From the human T2T-CHM13v2.0 reference genome, Homo sapiens: a DNA stretch of 64,000 nucleotides. Location of the stretch: NCBI RefSeq assembly GCF_009914755.1, contig NC_060927.1, one strand, 5' to 3'. Each line of letters starts with the position of its first letter. Positions within the stretch are counted from its first letter, which is position 1. Shown here piece by piece: positions 1-13,075 of the stretch. The notes beneath the pieces were generated by a model, which worked only from the letters and a program-made list of their open reading frames with translations, was not told the origin of the DNA and ran no database searches. A program made the position numbers and the translations under genes.

Positions 1-1111
1 AAATTCGTAAATGGACAATAGTCATGATTACCCAAGTCATAGTGGCATAGGTGTTTGAGCTGGGGCCTGGGCTCTGGCTAGCAAAGGGTAAAAACTAGGG
101 AGGAAAGAAAGAACAAAGTTGTTTGGCAGACTTTGGGGAACATCTTCTGAACACTTACCATAGGATGCTGCTCTGAACACTGCTTGATCCTCAGCCATCT
201 CCGTGAGGTAGGTCCTGTGACCATAATCCCCATCTCACAGATCAGGACACTGAGGCTTGGGGCAAGATGAAACTGAGGTTCCCTCCAGGCAGCGTCAGGC
301 CTTAGGGGCTGTGCTGTCCTCACAACACCCCTACCCTTGCTCCCCTAAAAAATTGCATGTCCCTGCTGGGAAGGCAGTGCCAAGAAGGGCCTGGAATGTT
401 CTGCCAATATCCACCCTCCTCCCATGCTGGAACTGAGCCCTTATGATCTGGGGGCCCCAGCATATTGTTGTCAATCAAAATTAGCTAAACTTGATGAAGC
501 AAGAACATTAAAAGTGCCCAGAGGAGGAATAAGGAAACAGATGAAAAATGAAGTCAGACATTCCCAGCAGGTGCTAACACCTGAAGGTGTACAGTGTGTC
601 TCACCCCATGCCCCTACCCACCACCTCGGGGCAGAGAGGTCAATTCTTTCACATCCTTGGGGGCTGCTGGGGAAGAAAGGAAGATGTATGGGCCTGGCCC
701 TGGGATGATGCCTCCTCCCTGGCCAGCCCCACTGCTTACAGACCCTCTCTGGGACCCGGCTGCTCTCGGAGCAGAGCCAGCTCCTCTGGCTCTGGGAGCA
801 CCTACCAGGGCTGGGGGAATGAGCCTTCTTCCATTCCTTCTACTCATTAAATTCTGGATCAAGTCAGACCACAGCCCAGGGCCCCAGCTGGAGTTCCAGG
901 GATCTGGGAAGCCAATAGCAGAAAGCCCAGGGTGCAGCCTGCCCAGCCTGAGGCAGGTGGCTGGCAGGTGATGATAAGGGCTGCTGGAGGGCCCCCACGC
1001 TTTGTTCCCCTCAGTGCCCGCTGTGCTCACTCAGGCCAGCTGTGAAGGCCACGTCACCGTCCACTGGGAAGTGAGGCGGAGCTCCCTGCTGGAGAGCCAG
1101 AATGGGCGGGA

Positions 1112-1245
1112 ATGCAGGTACTGCTGGCACTCCCAGAGGGAGGGAAGGTGGGGAGCTCGGCTGAGGGGAAGTTTTCCAGAACTTCCTGGCCCCTCAGAAG
1201 AGCTCCCACCTTCCCTCCCTCTGGGAGTGCCAGCAGTTTCTGCAT
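1112..1245. repeat. Long inverted repeat / hairpin
   Basis: 1120-1152 is the exact reverse complement of 1205-1237; further pairing on both sides. Confidence 0.95.
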
Positions 1246-1676
1246 GGGAAAGAGGAAGCCCTGTATGGCAGGTGTCCACCCACAGTTCGGTGACAGCTGC
1301 TGGTGGAATTGAGGACCATCTGCTTGCTTAGTGCAGTCACAGGAATGCTGAACTCACAGGCTAAGGCTGGGGGCAGGGGCAGAGGCCCCAACATGGCTCC
1401 TAGGGAGAATTGCAGGCTCTCCTCTGAGGAAGAGACTTCAGGAGGTGCCCCAGCCCCAGGAGGCCCTCAACCCTAACCCTTGCCTGTGCCCAGTCACTCA
1501 CTCTTAAAGCATCCATTCACATTGATTAGCTTTATTGCTTCCAGCAAATGTTGACATTCACCCCTGTAAAGTCTTCAAAGCCTTGGGGTCAGGGTTCACC
1601 TCCATATGCAGCAGTTTGTGGCGCATTCATTGTTGCTGCCATTTTCTGGTTTTGGAGACCAAGGCCCAGACAGGTC

Positions 1677-2299
1677 TGAAGGAAATAATGTATACAGTGG
1701 TCCATTTCCAAGACAAAGTGCCTTGAATCGGCTTAGGTCAGCAAACTGCAGAAGAAACAGAATGTACTAGGCTCCTGCTTGGATAGCCAAGGCCTGCTTG
1801 TTGGCCTCCCCTTTCCTCCCCCTTCCGCCACACTTGGTTGCCCTCACCTGAACCAACGAAGTTTAGTCTAAGGTAAAAGTTTAATAGTCTGCAAAATAGC
1901 TTGCTTTGTCTGTTCTTATCAGCCTGCCCAGCTACTTAGGTCATAAGTCAAATACTTAAAGAGCCCCTAAGCTAACCAGGATTGCAATGCATTGTGGGCT
2001 GCAACAAAATGCACCAAAACAACCCTAAAAACAAACAAACAAACAAAACACCTGAAGCCCCTGACTAACAATCAATAGGCAACATCCAGGAAGATTGTAA
2101 CCCCATAGTACTCAGCCTATTGGGAACCGGGGGAGGCACCTGCGCACTAGGGTATAAATTGCTTGTTGAAACTTTGCTGGGTGTGCCTGCATGCCACACA
2201 CCCAATCTTGCAAGACCATCATTAAAAGTCTCACTTTCGCTATTCTCGGGGTCTCTGAGTCCATTCTTTGGGTTTGAATGGGGGAGTTTGTTTCTCAGA
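1677..2299 (+). mobile_element. ERV1 solo LTR (LTR15-like)
   Basis: Starts TGAAGGAAATAATGTATACAGTGG; TATA-like GGTATAAAT; ATTAAA at 2221; ends GTTTGTTTCTCA. Confidence 0.7.
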
Positions 2300-2699
2300 A
2301 GCCTATATTCCATCCATGAAGATGAGGTGATCTCCAGGCTGCATTAGGGAACTCATATATTCCCAGAGGAGGGAACAAAAGCAGTAGAATGAATTGCAGC
2401 TGGGAAGACTGGTACGATAGACACCAGAACTGCCACTCTCCACAGAGAGGGGTAAAGAAAGCTGTGGGGCCAAAAGAAGTCCAGCTCAGCCACATAGGTG
2501 GACCAAGATACCTTGTAAAGGCGCAAGTTTGGCCTCCTCACTATCCAGCCCCCGTACCTCAACATGCACAGTGCATCTGTTGACCACAAAGACATTTCTT
2601 CATCATGGCCTGGCAGGACCCGGAGAAGACTATTTGCCTCATTTCACAAGTAAGAAAACTGGGTCTCACAAAGGAGAACTTACCTGCCCAATACATCCA

Positions 2700-4540
<1,841 letters not shown>

Positions 4541-4541
4541 T

Positions 4542-5095
4542 TGTCTCCCAGCTCCGAACGCGTCCTTCAATATAGCATATGCGCTGACGTGGACTTCTCC
4601 AAGCATCTCTCTCCTTCAGTGAGCTCGGCAAGATTGCTCGGTAGAGGGCGGTGGAGGGACGTTGCAGGAGGAAGGGGCGCTCCTGCCATTTCCAGTGAGG
4701 GCCACGGGAGGGCGGTCCGGGTGTGAGGACTGCGGTCTGCTGCACCTGCAGCCTGGGTGTGGCGATGACCTTTTCTGCAGCCCTCTCAACACAGACCTCG
4801 GAGTCTCCGAGCAGCCTGTGTGCTCTGCAGGCCTGCTGTCCGTGCTGGCGCCCAGACTTCCTCTCCAAGCTCCCGCCTGCCCTGTGGCCCCGAAGGTTCC
4901 ATGCTGAGCTGCAGCACTTCCTGCAAGCCTCCAGTGGCTCAGGCGCTCAAAAGGCCTCCTGTCCCCACTGTATGCCCATGTCACTGGTTCCCGATCCCCT
5001 GCTCCTTTGTCGGCTTACAGACAGTGGCCTGTTGCCTGCCCAACAAATTCCTGGCCAGCGCCAGCCTGACCAAACCGGTGAGAGTCCTCTGCTAG
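4542..5095 (-). mobile_element. ERVL LTR (LTR33-like), CpG-rich
   Basis: gtagagggcggtggagggacgttgcaggaggaagggg resembles the LTR33 consensus. Confidence 0.6.
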
Positions 5096-6002
5096 CAGGT
5101 GTGCTGACTGCACCTCCAAGAAGTCTGAACCCTTCCAAGCTTGTCCTTCCCAGGGTGCACTCCCTCAGCACGAGGATACAATGCAGTTTCTTCATTAACT
5201 CCTCTCCTGTCCTAGGATCACTCCCTCTGGGAAAGAAGACCAGCCTTGGCCCCAGAGGAATGTGTCCTAATTTAAAAAGCAGCTCAATTACTGCAGCACC
5301 TTGGGGACCAAGGCCAGTGGGATGAGAAATGCAGGTTCTGGTTCGTGCCCTGTGCCCCTGGGCTGGTGGCAGGAGCAGCGGGGCTGGTTAGCATCCCACT
5401 GTCAAACCCCAGCCTTGAACGTTCACCTGGAGCTTGGCCTGGGAGCCACTGACCATGGGTCACCTGGTCCAGGGACGTGAGACATACTCTCCACTGCCCC
5501 ACAGGCAGAGCTACTCAGGCAGGGACCTGAGGCAGGCTGGTCTCAGGAACAGGTTGGCCACAGCTTCAACAGTAAGAGAGCGGGGATCACAAGAAAACCA
5601 GGCTTAAAGGAACCCAAAGTTACAAATTCACTTTCTCTCCTTTGAGTCCAGTGTGTTCTCTGTTCCCTGTGCTGATCATGGCATCCTTTGCTCAGTGATA
5701 CTCTTTGCAGCATTTAGAAGGGTAGGTAGCACTCACTCTCTCAAGCCTGAACTGGAAATACTACCATAGCCAGGGTAGCTCACAACCCCAGCACAGCCAC
5801 AGGACCTCTCATCCACCCTCCTTTATGTTTATAAATTTCTTTATGTTCTTAACTACAAGTGCATGATTTCCTAAGTGATGGCATTGTGGTTTTGTTCCTC
5901 ACGTAAGAGGTATTTTGTTGTGTAGAAGCTCCAGCAGCTTGAATTCTTTACTCAATGCCATGATTGTGAGATAAGCCCATGTTGATCTATGTAGCTCTAG
6001 TT

Positions 6003-6364
6003 TAGGGAATGGCAAACCTCTTTCTGTAAAGAGCCAGATAATAAATATTTTAGGCTTTGTGGACCAAGAGGCAAATCAAAGATATTATGTAGGTCCTTAT
6101 CTAGGTATAAGAAGGAAGACAAATTACCACAAAACTTTGTTGATGAAATTCAAAATGTAATATTATAATAAAATAATAATAATCAAATCAATTGTTTTGT
6201 AATACAGATCTAGAATAATGAAATTCTTTTGGGGAAAATATCAAAGTGACTATTTTTTATCTACTTCAAATATCCATCTTTATGAGTCATTCTTAGTTCT
6301 TGAGCCACACAGAAACTCGTGATGGGCCAGATTTGGTTGTGGGCCAAAGGTGACCAAACCCTAC
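6003..6364. mobile_element. hAT-Charlie element (MER58-like)
   Basis: ggcaaac...tttctgtaaagagccagata end, gggccagatttgg near the other end; 8 bp TSD CTCTAGTT on both sides. Confidence 0.8.
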
Positions 6365-7824
6365 TCTAGTTCATTCATTTTCACTGCCGCATAGAATTCC
6401 ACTGGATGACTCTAACAAAAGGTTTTATCTGTTCACTGGGAGGAGAGAGGAGTGTTCCAGTTGTTTCTATTTTAAAATTGTATTTCTATAAGTATTCTAA
6501 TACATATCAGTATACTATACGTGCAAATGTTTATCTGGATGGTATACATACAAGTAGAATTGCTGAACAGGGCATGTGTATCTTTAATCCCAAACTGTTT
6601 CCCAAAGTGGCTGTACTGATTTCTAAGAGTGGCAGCTATATTTGTCCCTGTTGCTCCACAGGCTTATAAACATTTGGTATTTGGTCAGCAGGCTCTTCCA
6701 ACACCCCTTTGAAGGCGTTTCATGTTTCCTGCCACAGGGTTGGGAGGAGGCTGTGTAGACCAAAACCACGTAATAAAAATAATAATCATTTTTATGTATG
6801 CCTTTTTTATGCCATTGACAACAGAATTATGAAAAAAAAAAAACAAATTCGAAACACACAAGTGACAAAAAAGTTCCAGAAGACAGAAGGACCAGGAGCA
6901 GCGAGGGCCACTGCCCACTTTGGAGGTTTTCCATTTTCGTGGCAAGAGCAGGCCCCAGGAGCTCTGCCAGTTAGGAACCTCTGCAGCCTGGGAGCACACG
7001 TGGATATCTGGTCTAGGTTCAGTAGGTGCCGCTGCCTGAGCTGCCCCGACTGCTGGGCAAGGAGGGATTTCCTGTAGCCATCCACAGACTTCCAAACTCA
7101 CATGGTCTCATATTGATTCTGGATTGTTGGTTTACATAAGCCCTGGCGCAGGCTGCGAATTTTATCTCAGGGAAGTGGTGTATTTCAGCCAATGAACAGG
7201 TCATCAGAAATGAGAACTTTTAGAACATGGAGGGCAAGTCTTCTCATTGGGTTGCAGTTAAAAATTCTCAGTTGAATCATAAAACCAGTCGTTCAAAGGA
7301 AACTTTTAAAAGTACCAGCCCTGGAAAATTCTGTTCTTAGGAATCACATCTCAGCTTCAAGGAGGAACTAAACTGGCTGGTAAAACTTTTGATCTTGCAT
7401 TCAGCACAGGGACAGTGTAAAAGGAAAGAAAAATAGTGGAAAGCATTTTCGTTAAACTTGACCGAGAGAGCAATTTCTTTGGAGAATAAGATCACAGAGG
7501 GTAGGCTGGCCACATTTGAAAGGGAAAAGAGGCTTACCTTGACCCAAAGGCTCTTACAGTTGGGAAACTAAAAGAGGGAATTATTTAAGTGTCATTAGGT
7601 CTGAGATGATGACACACCAGCAAGCCCCAACAGAAAAAGTGGTAAGTTATCAGAGAGGAAATGGAGGATTCCCCAGAGAATGCATAGATCCAGAAAACTG
7701 TGGACAGTTGCCCTCATAAAAACTGTAATAAGAGCAATTGCAAGACCATCCCCGTCCTCCCTCCTCCCACCCCTGGAACCCCAGACTGGGATAGTTCTAT
7801 AGAGTTAACAGAATTTGGGACAGA

Positions 7825-8300
7825 ATTCATTCAACATTCATTCAAATAATTACTGAATATCCAGGCACTGTTCAGATGAGCAAAAATTCCCTGCTTTTCT
7901 ATGTCAAGACTGGCAGTTTCCTAGAAACCAAGGCTATGTCAAGAGGTGATTAAAAAATGAACAATTGTGGAAAAACAGAATAGTGAGAAAGAAAGAGAGT
8001 GTGGAAGGAGAGGGAGAGAGTTGCCACTTTATTGAGGGAATTTAAGGAAGGCCTCCCTAATAATTCAAGAGGAGGCCCAGAGGAGCTGACAGAATGAGCC
8101 ATGCTCCAGGTTATTCTGTGAAAGGAAGAGCAAGGAGGCCAGCTTAGCCAGGGGGTGGCATTTGAATTTTTAAAAGGCTCTTTGGCGCTCTGTAAAGGAT
8201 GATTTTTGAAAGACAATACTCGGGGATATAAACCAAAATTGTCCAGTCAAATAGTGAGGACCTGAACCCAAGGAAGTGGTGGCAGGTAGGAAAAGGAAAG
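7825..8300 (-). mobile_element. L2 fragment
   Basis: cattcaacattcattcaaataattactgaat...caggcactgtt L2 3' terminus pattern. Confidence 0.55.
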
Positions 8301-8885
8301 TCCACACTAGCACAAGTATAGCTGCAGTTGCTTCCTATTCTTGTACCTGTTGTAGAGAGCAGGCAGGTGGCTCCAACCCTCAGGACAGCTGGGAAGTCAA
8401 GGAGGGTTTAAACGCAGGTGTATCATTTCTTAAGGCTTCCATGCAAAATACCACAAGCTGGACGCCTTAATACAAATGAATTCTCTCATAATTCTGGAGG
8501 CTAGAAGACCAAAATCAAAGTGTGAGCAGGGCCATGCCTCCTATAAAGGCTGGTCTAGAGAGAATCCTTTCTTGCCTCTTCCAGCTTCTGTGGGCTTCAG
8601 GTGTTCCTTGGCTTGTGCCAGCTTAACTCATGTCTCCACATGGCTTTCCCCTAGGTCTCTGTGTCTCAAATCTCACTCTGCCGCTCCCTTATAGAGATAC
8701 CTGTCACTGGGTTTAAGGCCTACCCCAAATCCAGGACAGTCTTGCAATATAGCTTAGTTTTGTTTTTTAATGATGTTTGAGGCCCTGGCTAAAGAGGAGT
8801 CAGTCCACACTCCAACCACGTTTGTTATCTGGCCGTCACACTCCTGATCACTGTGCACCTGCCCTAGTAACCCCAAGGCCAGGAA

Positions 8886-11800
8886 ATGATACCTGGTGTA
8901 ATGCCTCTGTGACATAGCTGAATTTCTACCCCATTCTACCTCTGCTTATCTTTAAGAAATAGGACACCTGTGATACAAATTTCCCTTTGTAACCAGACCA
9001 ACTAAGACTGGTTAGAACCAAGATAGACAATCAAATGACTTCAGAAAGATCTGAGGCTTTATTATAATGTCATTTCCATGCTAAATGACCCTCCCACAAG
9101 CACCATGGCAGTTGACAATCGCCATGACCATGACCAAAAGAGGCCATAAAAGGACAAAAAGGAAAGCAGCACTCCATTTCCAAGAAGTTCGCCACCCATC
9201 TCCAGAAAAGACCTGAATATTCCTCCCCTCATTTCTAATGTTCAACCCCTTCATTAGAGAAATCCTTCTTGAACATGGTAAAACCCCATCTCTACTAAAA
9301 ATACAAAAACCAAAAACTAGACTTTGGGAGGCTGAGGCGGGCGGATCACAAGGTCAGGAGATCGAGATCATCCTGGCCAACACGGTGAAACCCCGTCTCT
9401 ACTAAAAATACAAAAAATTGATTCTGCAGCATTCATTCAGGAAGCACTCATGAAGAGCCTACCAGGTGCCAGCCCTGGCCTGGGGCTGGGCTTAGAGCCG
9501 GGACAGGATGGCCCGGCATCTGCTCCATGGAGCTCACAGCCCAGCCTAGGCTGGCAACTCCAGTCTGCCCCAGTTTCCAGTTCTGTCCATTCCCCTTGCA
9601 GCTCAGCATGGATGAAGCTTTGAAATCCAGCTCTCCCTCTCCCTCTCCCTCTCCCTCTCCCTCTCCCTCTCCCTCTCCCTCTCCCGTCTCCCCACGGTCT
9701 CCCCCGTCTCCCCACGGTCTCCCTCTCCCTCTGTTTCCACGGTCTCCCTCTCATGCCGAGCCGAAGCTGGACTGTACTGCTGCCATCTCGGCTCACTGCA
9801 ACCTCCCTGCCTGATTCTCCTGCCTCAGCTTGCCGAGTGCCTGCAATTGCAGGCACGCGCTGCCACACCTGACTGGTTTTCGTATTTTTTTTGGTGGAGA
9901 CGGGGTTTCGCTGTGTTGGCCTGGCCGGTCTCCAGCTCCTAACCGCGAGTGATCCGCCAGCCTCGGCCTCCCGAGGTGCCGGGATTGCAGACGGAGTCTC
10001 GTTCACTCAGTGCTCAATGGTGCCCCGGCTGGAGTGCAGTGGCATGATCTCGGCTCGCTACAACCTCCACCTCCCAGCCGCCTGCCTTGGCCTCCCAAAG
10101 TGCCGAGATTGCATCCTCTGCCCGGCCGCCACCCCGTCTGGGAAGTGAGGAGCGTCTCTGCCTGGCCGCCCATCGTCTGGGATGTGAGGAGCCCCTCTGC
10201 CTGGCTGCCCAGTCTGGGAAGTGAGGAGCGTCTCCGTCCGGCCGCCATCCCATCTAGGAAGTGAGGAGCGCCTCTTCCCGGCCACCATCCCATCTAGGAA
10301 GTGAAGAGCGTCTCTGCCCGGCCGCCCATCGTCTGAGATGTGGGGAGTGCCTCTGCCCCGCCGCCCCGTCTGGGATGTGAGGAGCGCCTCTACCCTGCCG
10401 CGACCCCGTCTGGGAGGTGAGGAGCGTCTCTGCCCGGCCACCCCATCTGAGAAGTGAGGAGACCCTCTGCCTGGCAACCGCCCCGTCTGAGAAGTGAGGA
10501 GCCTCTCCGCCCGGCAGCCACACCGTCTGGGAAGTGAGGAGCGTCTCCGCCCGGCAGCTACCCCGTCCGGGAGGGAGGTGGGGGGGTCAGGCCCCCGCCC
10601 GGCCAGCCGCCCCGTCTGGGAGGGAGGTGGGGGGGGTCAGCCCCCCGCCCGGCCAGCCGCCCCGTCCGGGAGGTGAGGGGCGCCTCTGCCCGGCTGCCCC
10701 TACTGGGAAGTGAGGAGCCCCTCTGCCCGGCCAGCCGCCCCGTCTGGGAGGGAGGTGGGGGGTCAGCCCCCCGCCCGGCCATCCGCCCCGTCCGGGAGGG
10801 AGGTGGGGGGGTCAGCCCCCCTGCCCGGCCAGCCGCCCCGTCCGGGAGGGAGGTGGGGGGGTCAGCCCCCTGCCCGGCCAGCCGCCCCGTCCGGGAGGGA
10901 GGTGGGGGGGTCACCCCCCCGCCCGGCCAGCTGCCCCGTCCGGGAGGGAGGTGGGGGGGTCAGCCCCCCCCGCCCGGCCAGCCGCCCCATCCGGGAGGTG
11001 AGGGGCGCCTCTGCCCGGCCGCCCCTACTGGGAAGTGAGGAGCCCCTCTGCCCGGCCAGCCGCCCCGTCCGGGAGGGAGGTGGGGGGTCAGCCCCCCGCC
11101 CGGCCAGCCGCCCCGTCCGGGAGGGAGGTGGGGGGGGTCAGCCCCCCACCCGACCAGCCGCCCCGTCCGGGAGGGAGGTGGGGGAGTCAGCCCCCCGCCC
11201 GGCCAGCCGCCCCGTCTGGGAGGTGAGGGGCGCCTCTGCCCGGCCGCCCCTACTGGGAAGTGAGGAGCCCCTCTGCCCGGCCACCACCCCGTCTGGGAGG
11301 TGTGCCCAACAGCTCATTGAGAACGGGCCAGGATGACAATCGCGGCTTTGTGGAATAGAAAGGGGGGAAAGGTGGGGAAAAGATTGAGAAATCGGATGGT
11401 TGCCGTGTCTGTGTAGAAAGAAGTAGACATGGGAGACTTTTCATTTTGTTCTATACTAAGAAAAATTCTTCTGCCTTGGGATCCTGTTGATCTGTGACCT
11501 TACCCCCAACCCTGTGCTCTCTGAAACATGTGCTGTGTCCACTCAGGGTTAAATGGATTAAGGGCGGTGCAAGATGTGCTTTGTTAAACAGATGCTTGAA
11601 GGCAGCATGCTCTTTAAGAGTCGTCACCACTCCCTAATCTCAAGTACCCAGGGACACAAACACTGCGGAAGGCCGCAGGGTCCTCTGCCTAGGAAAACCA
11701 GAGACCTTTGTTCACTTGTTTATCTGCTGACCTTCCCTCCACTATTGTCCTATGACCCTGCCAAATCCCCCTCTGTGAGAAACACCCAAGAATGATCAAC

Positions 11801-12026
11801 AAAAAATAAATAAATAAATAAAAATAAAATAAAAAAAAAAGAGAGAAATCCTTCTTCCCTCACTAGTTGAGAAGTTGATTTGTGAGCCAAGCTCCCGCTT
11901 CTCAATTCCATGGCCATTGAATAAAACTTGTGCTGCTTAAGATTCACTTTTGGTTTTGCATATTGGCTTTGCAGCACTAAACAGGAAAAGATCCCATTTG
12001 TGGGGAAACCAGCTTTGTCTGTAATA
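8886..12026 (+). mobile_element. ERV solo LTR split by the SVA (8886-9270 and 11857-12026)
   Basis: TG start, AATAAA near 11920, sequence continuous across the SVA TSD; family not assigned. Confidence 0.6.
9271..11841 (+). mobile_element. Full-length SVA (D/F-like) with a 5' transduction
   Basis: (CCCTCT)n from 9631, antisense Alu-like region, GC-rich VNTR ~10115-11300, SINE-R ~11300-11800, A tail; 15 bp TSD AGAGAAATCCTTCTT at 9256-9270 and 11842-11856. Confidence 0.97.
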
Positions 12027-12419
12027 GTACTAGACAACTAGAGGCAGTCCCTATGCCCTGGAGCACTCAGAATTATTTAAATGAGCCAATCCACAGGGAG
12101 CCCATGAAACCTAGCTAGCCCCACGCAACTCCCCAACTTCCTACCCATAAACTGTCCCTCACAGCTCCAGCTGGCTGTTGCTCTGCCCCCAGGCACCCTC
12201 TGTGGGCCTGCCTGGCAGCCTTGCCTTGTTTGGAGGTATAACTAACAAATAGTTCTGCCTTTTATCTATCTTCGTGTCATTGTGGTGTGTCCCGCCATCA
12301 AAAGAAACTTTAAATTTCATGAAACTGACCTCATCTCTAGATCTTTCACTTAATTACATCTGCAGAAACGCTTTTTCCAAATGTGGTCACATTCAAAGGT
12401 GGACATCTCTTTCGGGATG

Positions 12420-12862
12420 TAGCAATGACTTAAGCCTTGTATACAGATGAAGTCAGCAAAAGGAATGCTAAAGTCAAGGGAGTCTGCTCTCTGTCATGCG
12501 ATGCTATACCAGAGTCAGGTTGGAAAGTAGCTCCATTATACCAGGTTAATAAAACTCCCTTTAATGAGATATTATGGTTTGTAGGGCATAACTTTTACCA
12601 TGCATAGCCTTAGGTCTTGTTTATAAATTGGTTATCTGATTGCAACAAGCAGTCTATTTTGTCAGTCTTATGATCTCTGTTTTAACCTTGATGCTGGTGA
12701 GTTGTCCCTAAAGTCAAAGGGAGGGAGTATGATAAGGTGTTTCCAACCTCCCCTCCTGTCATAGCTGGGAATTTAGTTTTTCAGGTTTCTCAGGGGTCTC
12801 CTTGGCCAAAAGCTAGTCCATTCAGTTGGTTTGGGGGCTTAGGAACTTATTTTTAGTTAGCA
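12420..12862 (-). mobile_element. MER4-group ERV1 LTR fragment
   Basis: Ends ggggtctccttggccaa...gggggcttaggaacttatttttagttagca, the reverse of a MER4-group LTR start. Confidence 0.55.
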
Positions 12863-12869
12863 GTTTAAA

Positions 12870-13075
12870 ATCAATAAAGTGTAACAACTATTTACATAGC
12901 ATTTACATTGTATTAGGTATTATAAGTAATCTAGAGATCAATTAAAGTATACAGAAGGATGTGCATAGATTATATGCAAATACTATGTCATTTTGTATAA
13001 GGGACCTGAGCATCTGAGGATTTTGCTATCTGCAGGGGGCGCTGGAACCAATCCACCTGGAACTGAGGGACAGCT
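12870..13075. mobile_element. MER2 (TcMar-Tigger) fragment
   Basis: aacaactatttacatagcatttacattgtattaggtattataagtaatctagagat signature. Confidence 0.8.

Larger units (their letters stand above)
8743..12329 (+). mobile_element. ERVL-type LTR (MER74/MER54-like) split into ~8743-8885 and 12027-12329
   Basis: ...cccaaggccagg continues as gtactagacaactagaggcagtccctatgccc after the nested LTR. Confidence 0.5.
8419..12410 (-). mobile_element. MLT1 (MaLR) LTR split into 8419-~8742 and ~12330-12410 by nested insertions
   Basis: aaataccacaagctgg...ttctggaggctagaag on the left; taattacatctgcaga...ccaaatgtggtcacattc resumes on the right. Confidence 0.7.

Noticed and set aside
150-1350. Possible distal LTF first exon on the minus strand (strong ATG|GTAAGT donor near 158)
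   Set aside because: Plausible from gene order, but exon boundaries cannot be established from this sequence alone.
4723-5325. 200 aa ORF on +
   Set aside because: GTG start, overlaps the GC-rich LTR33-like element, no recognisable domain.
6685-7204. Overlapping ORFs in apparently unique sequence
   Set aside because: No recognisable homology, consistent splice structure or retrocopy hallmarks.
10115-11300. Array of repeated units superficially like a CRISPR array
   Set aside because: It is the SVA VNTR: no unique spacers, eukaryotic context, no cas genes.
9437-11444. Many long ORFs (up to 208 aa) on both strands
   Set aside because: They lie in the SVA hexamer, Alu-like region and GC-rich VNTR; stop-poor repeat artefacts.
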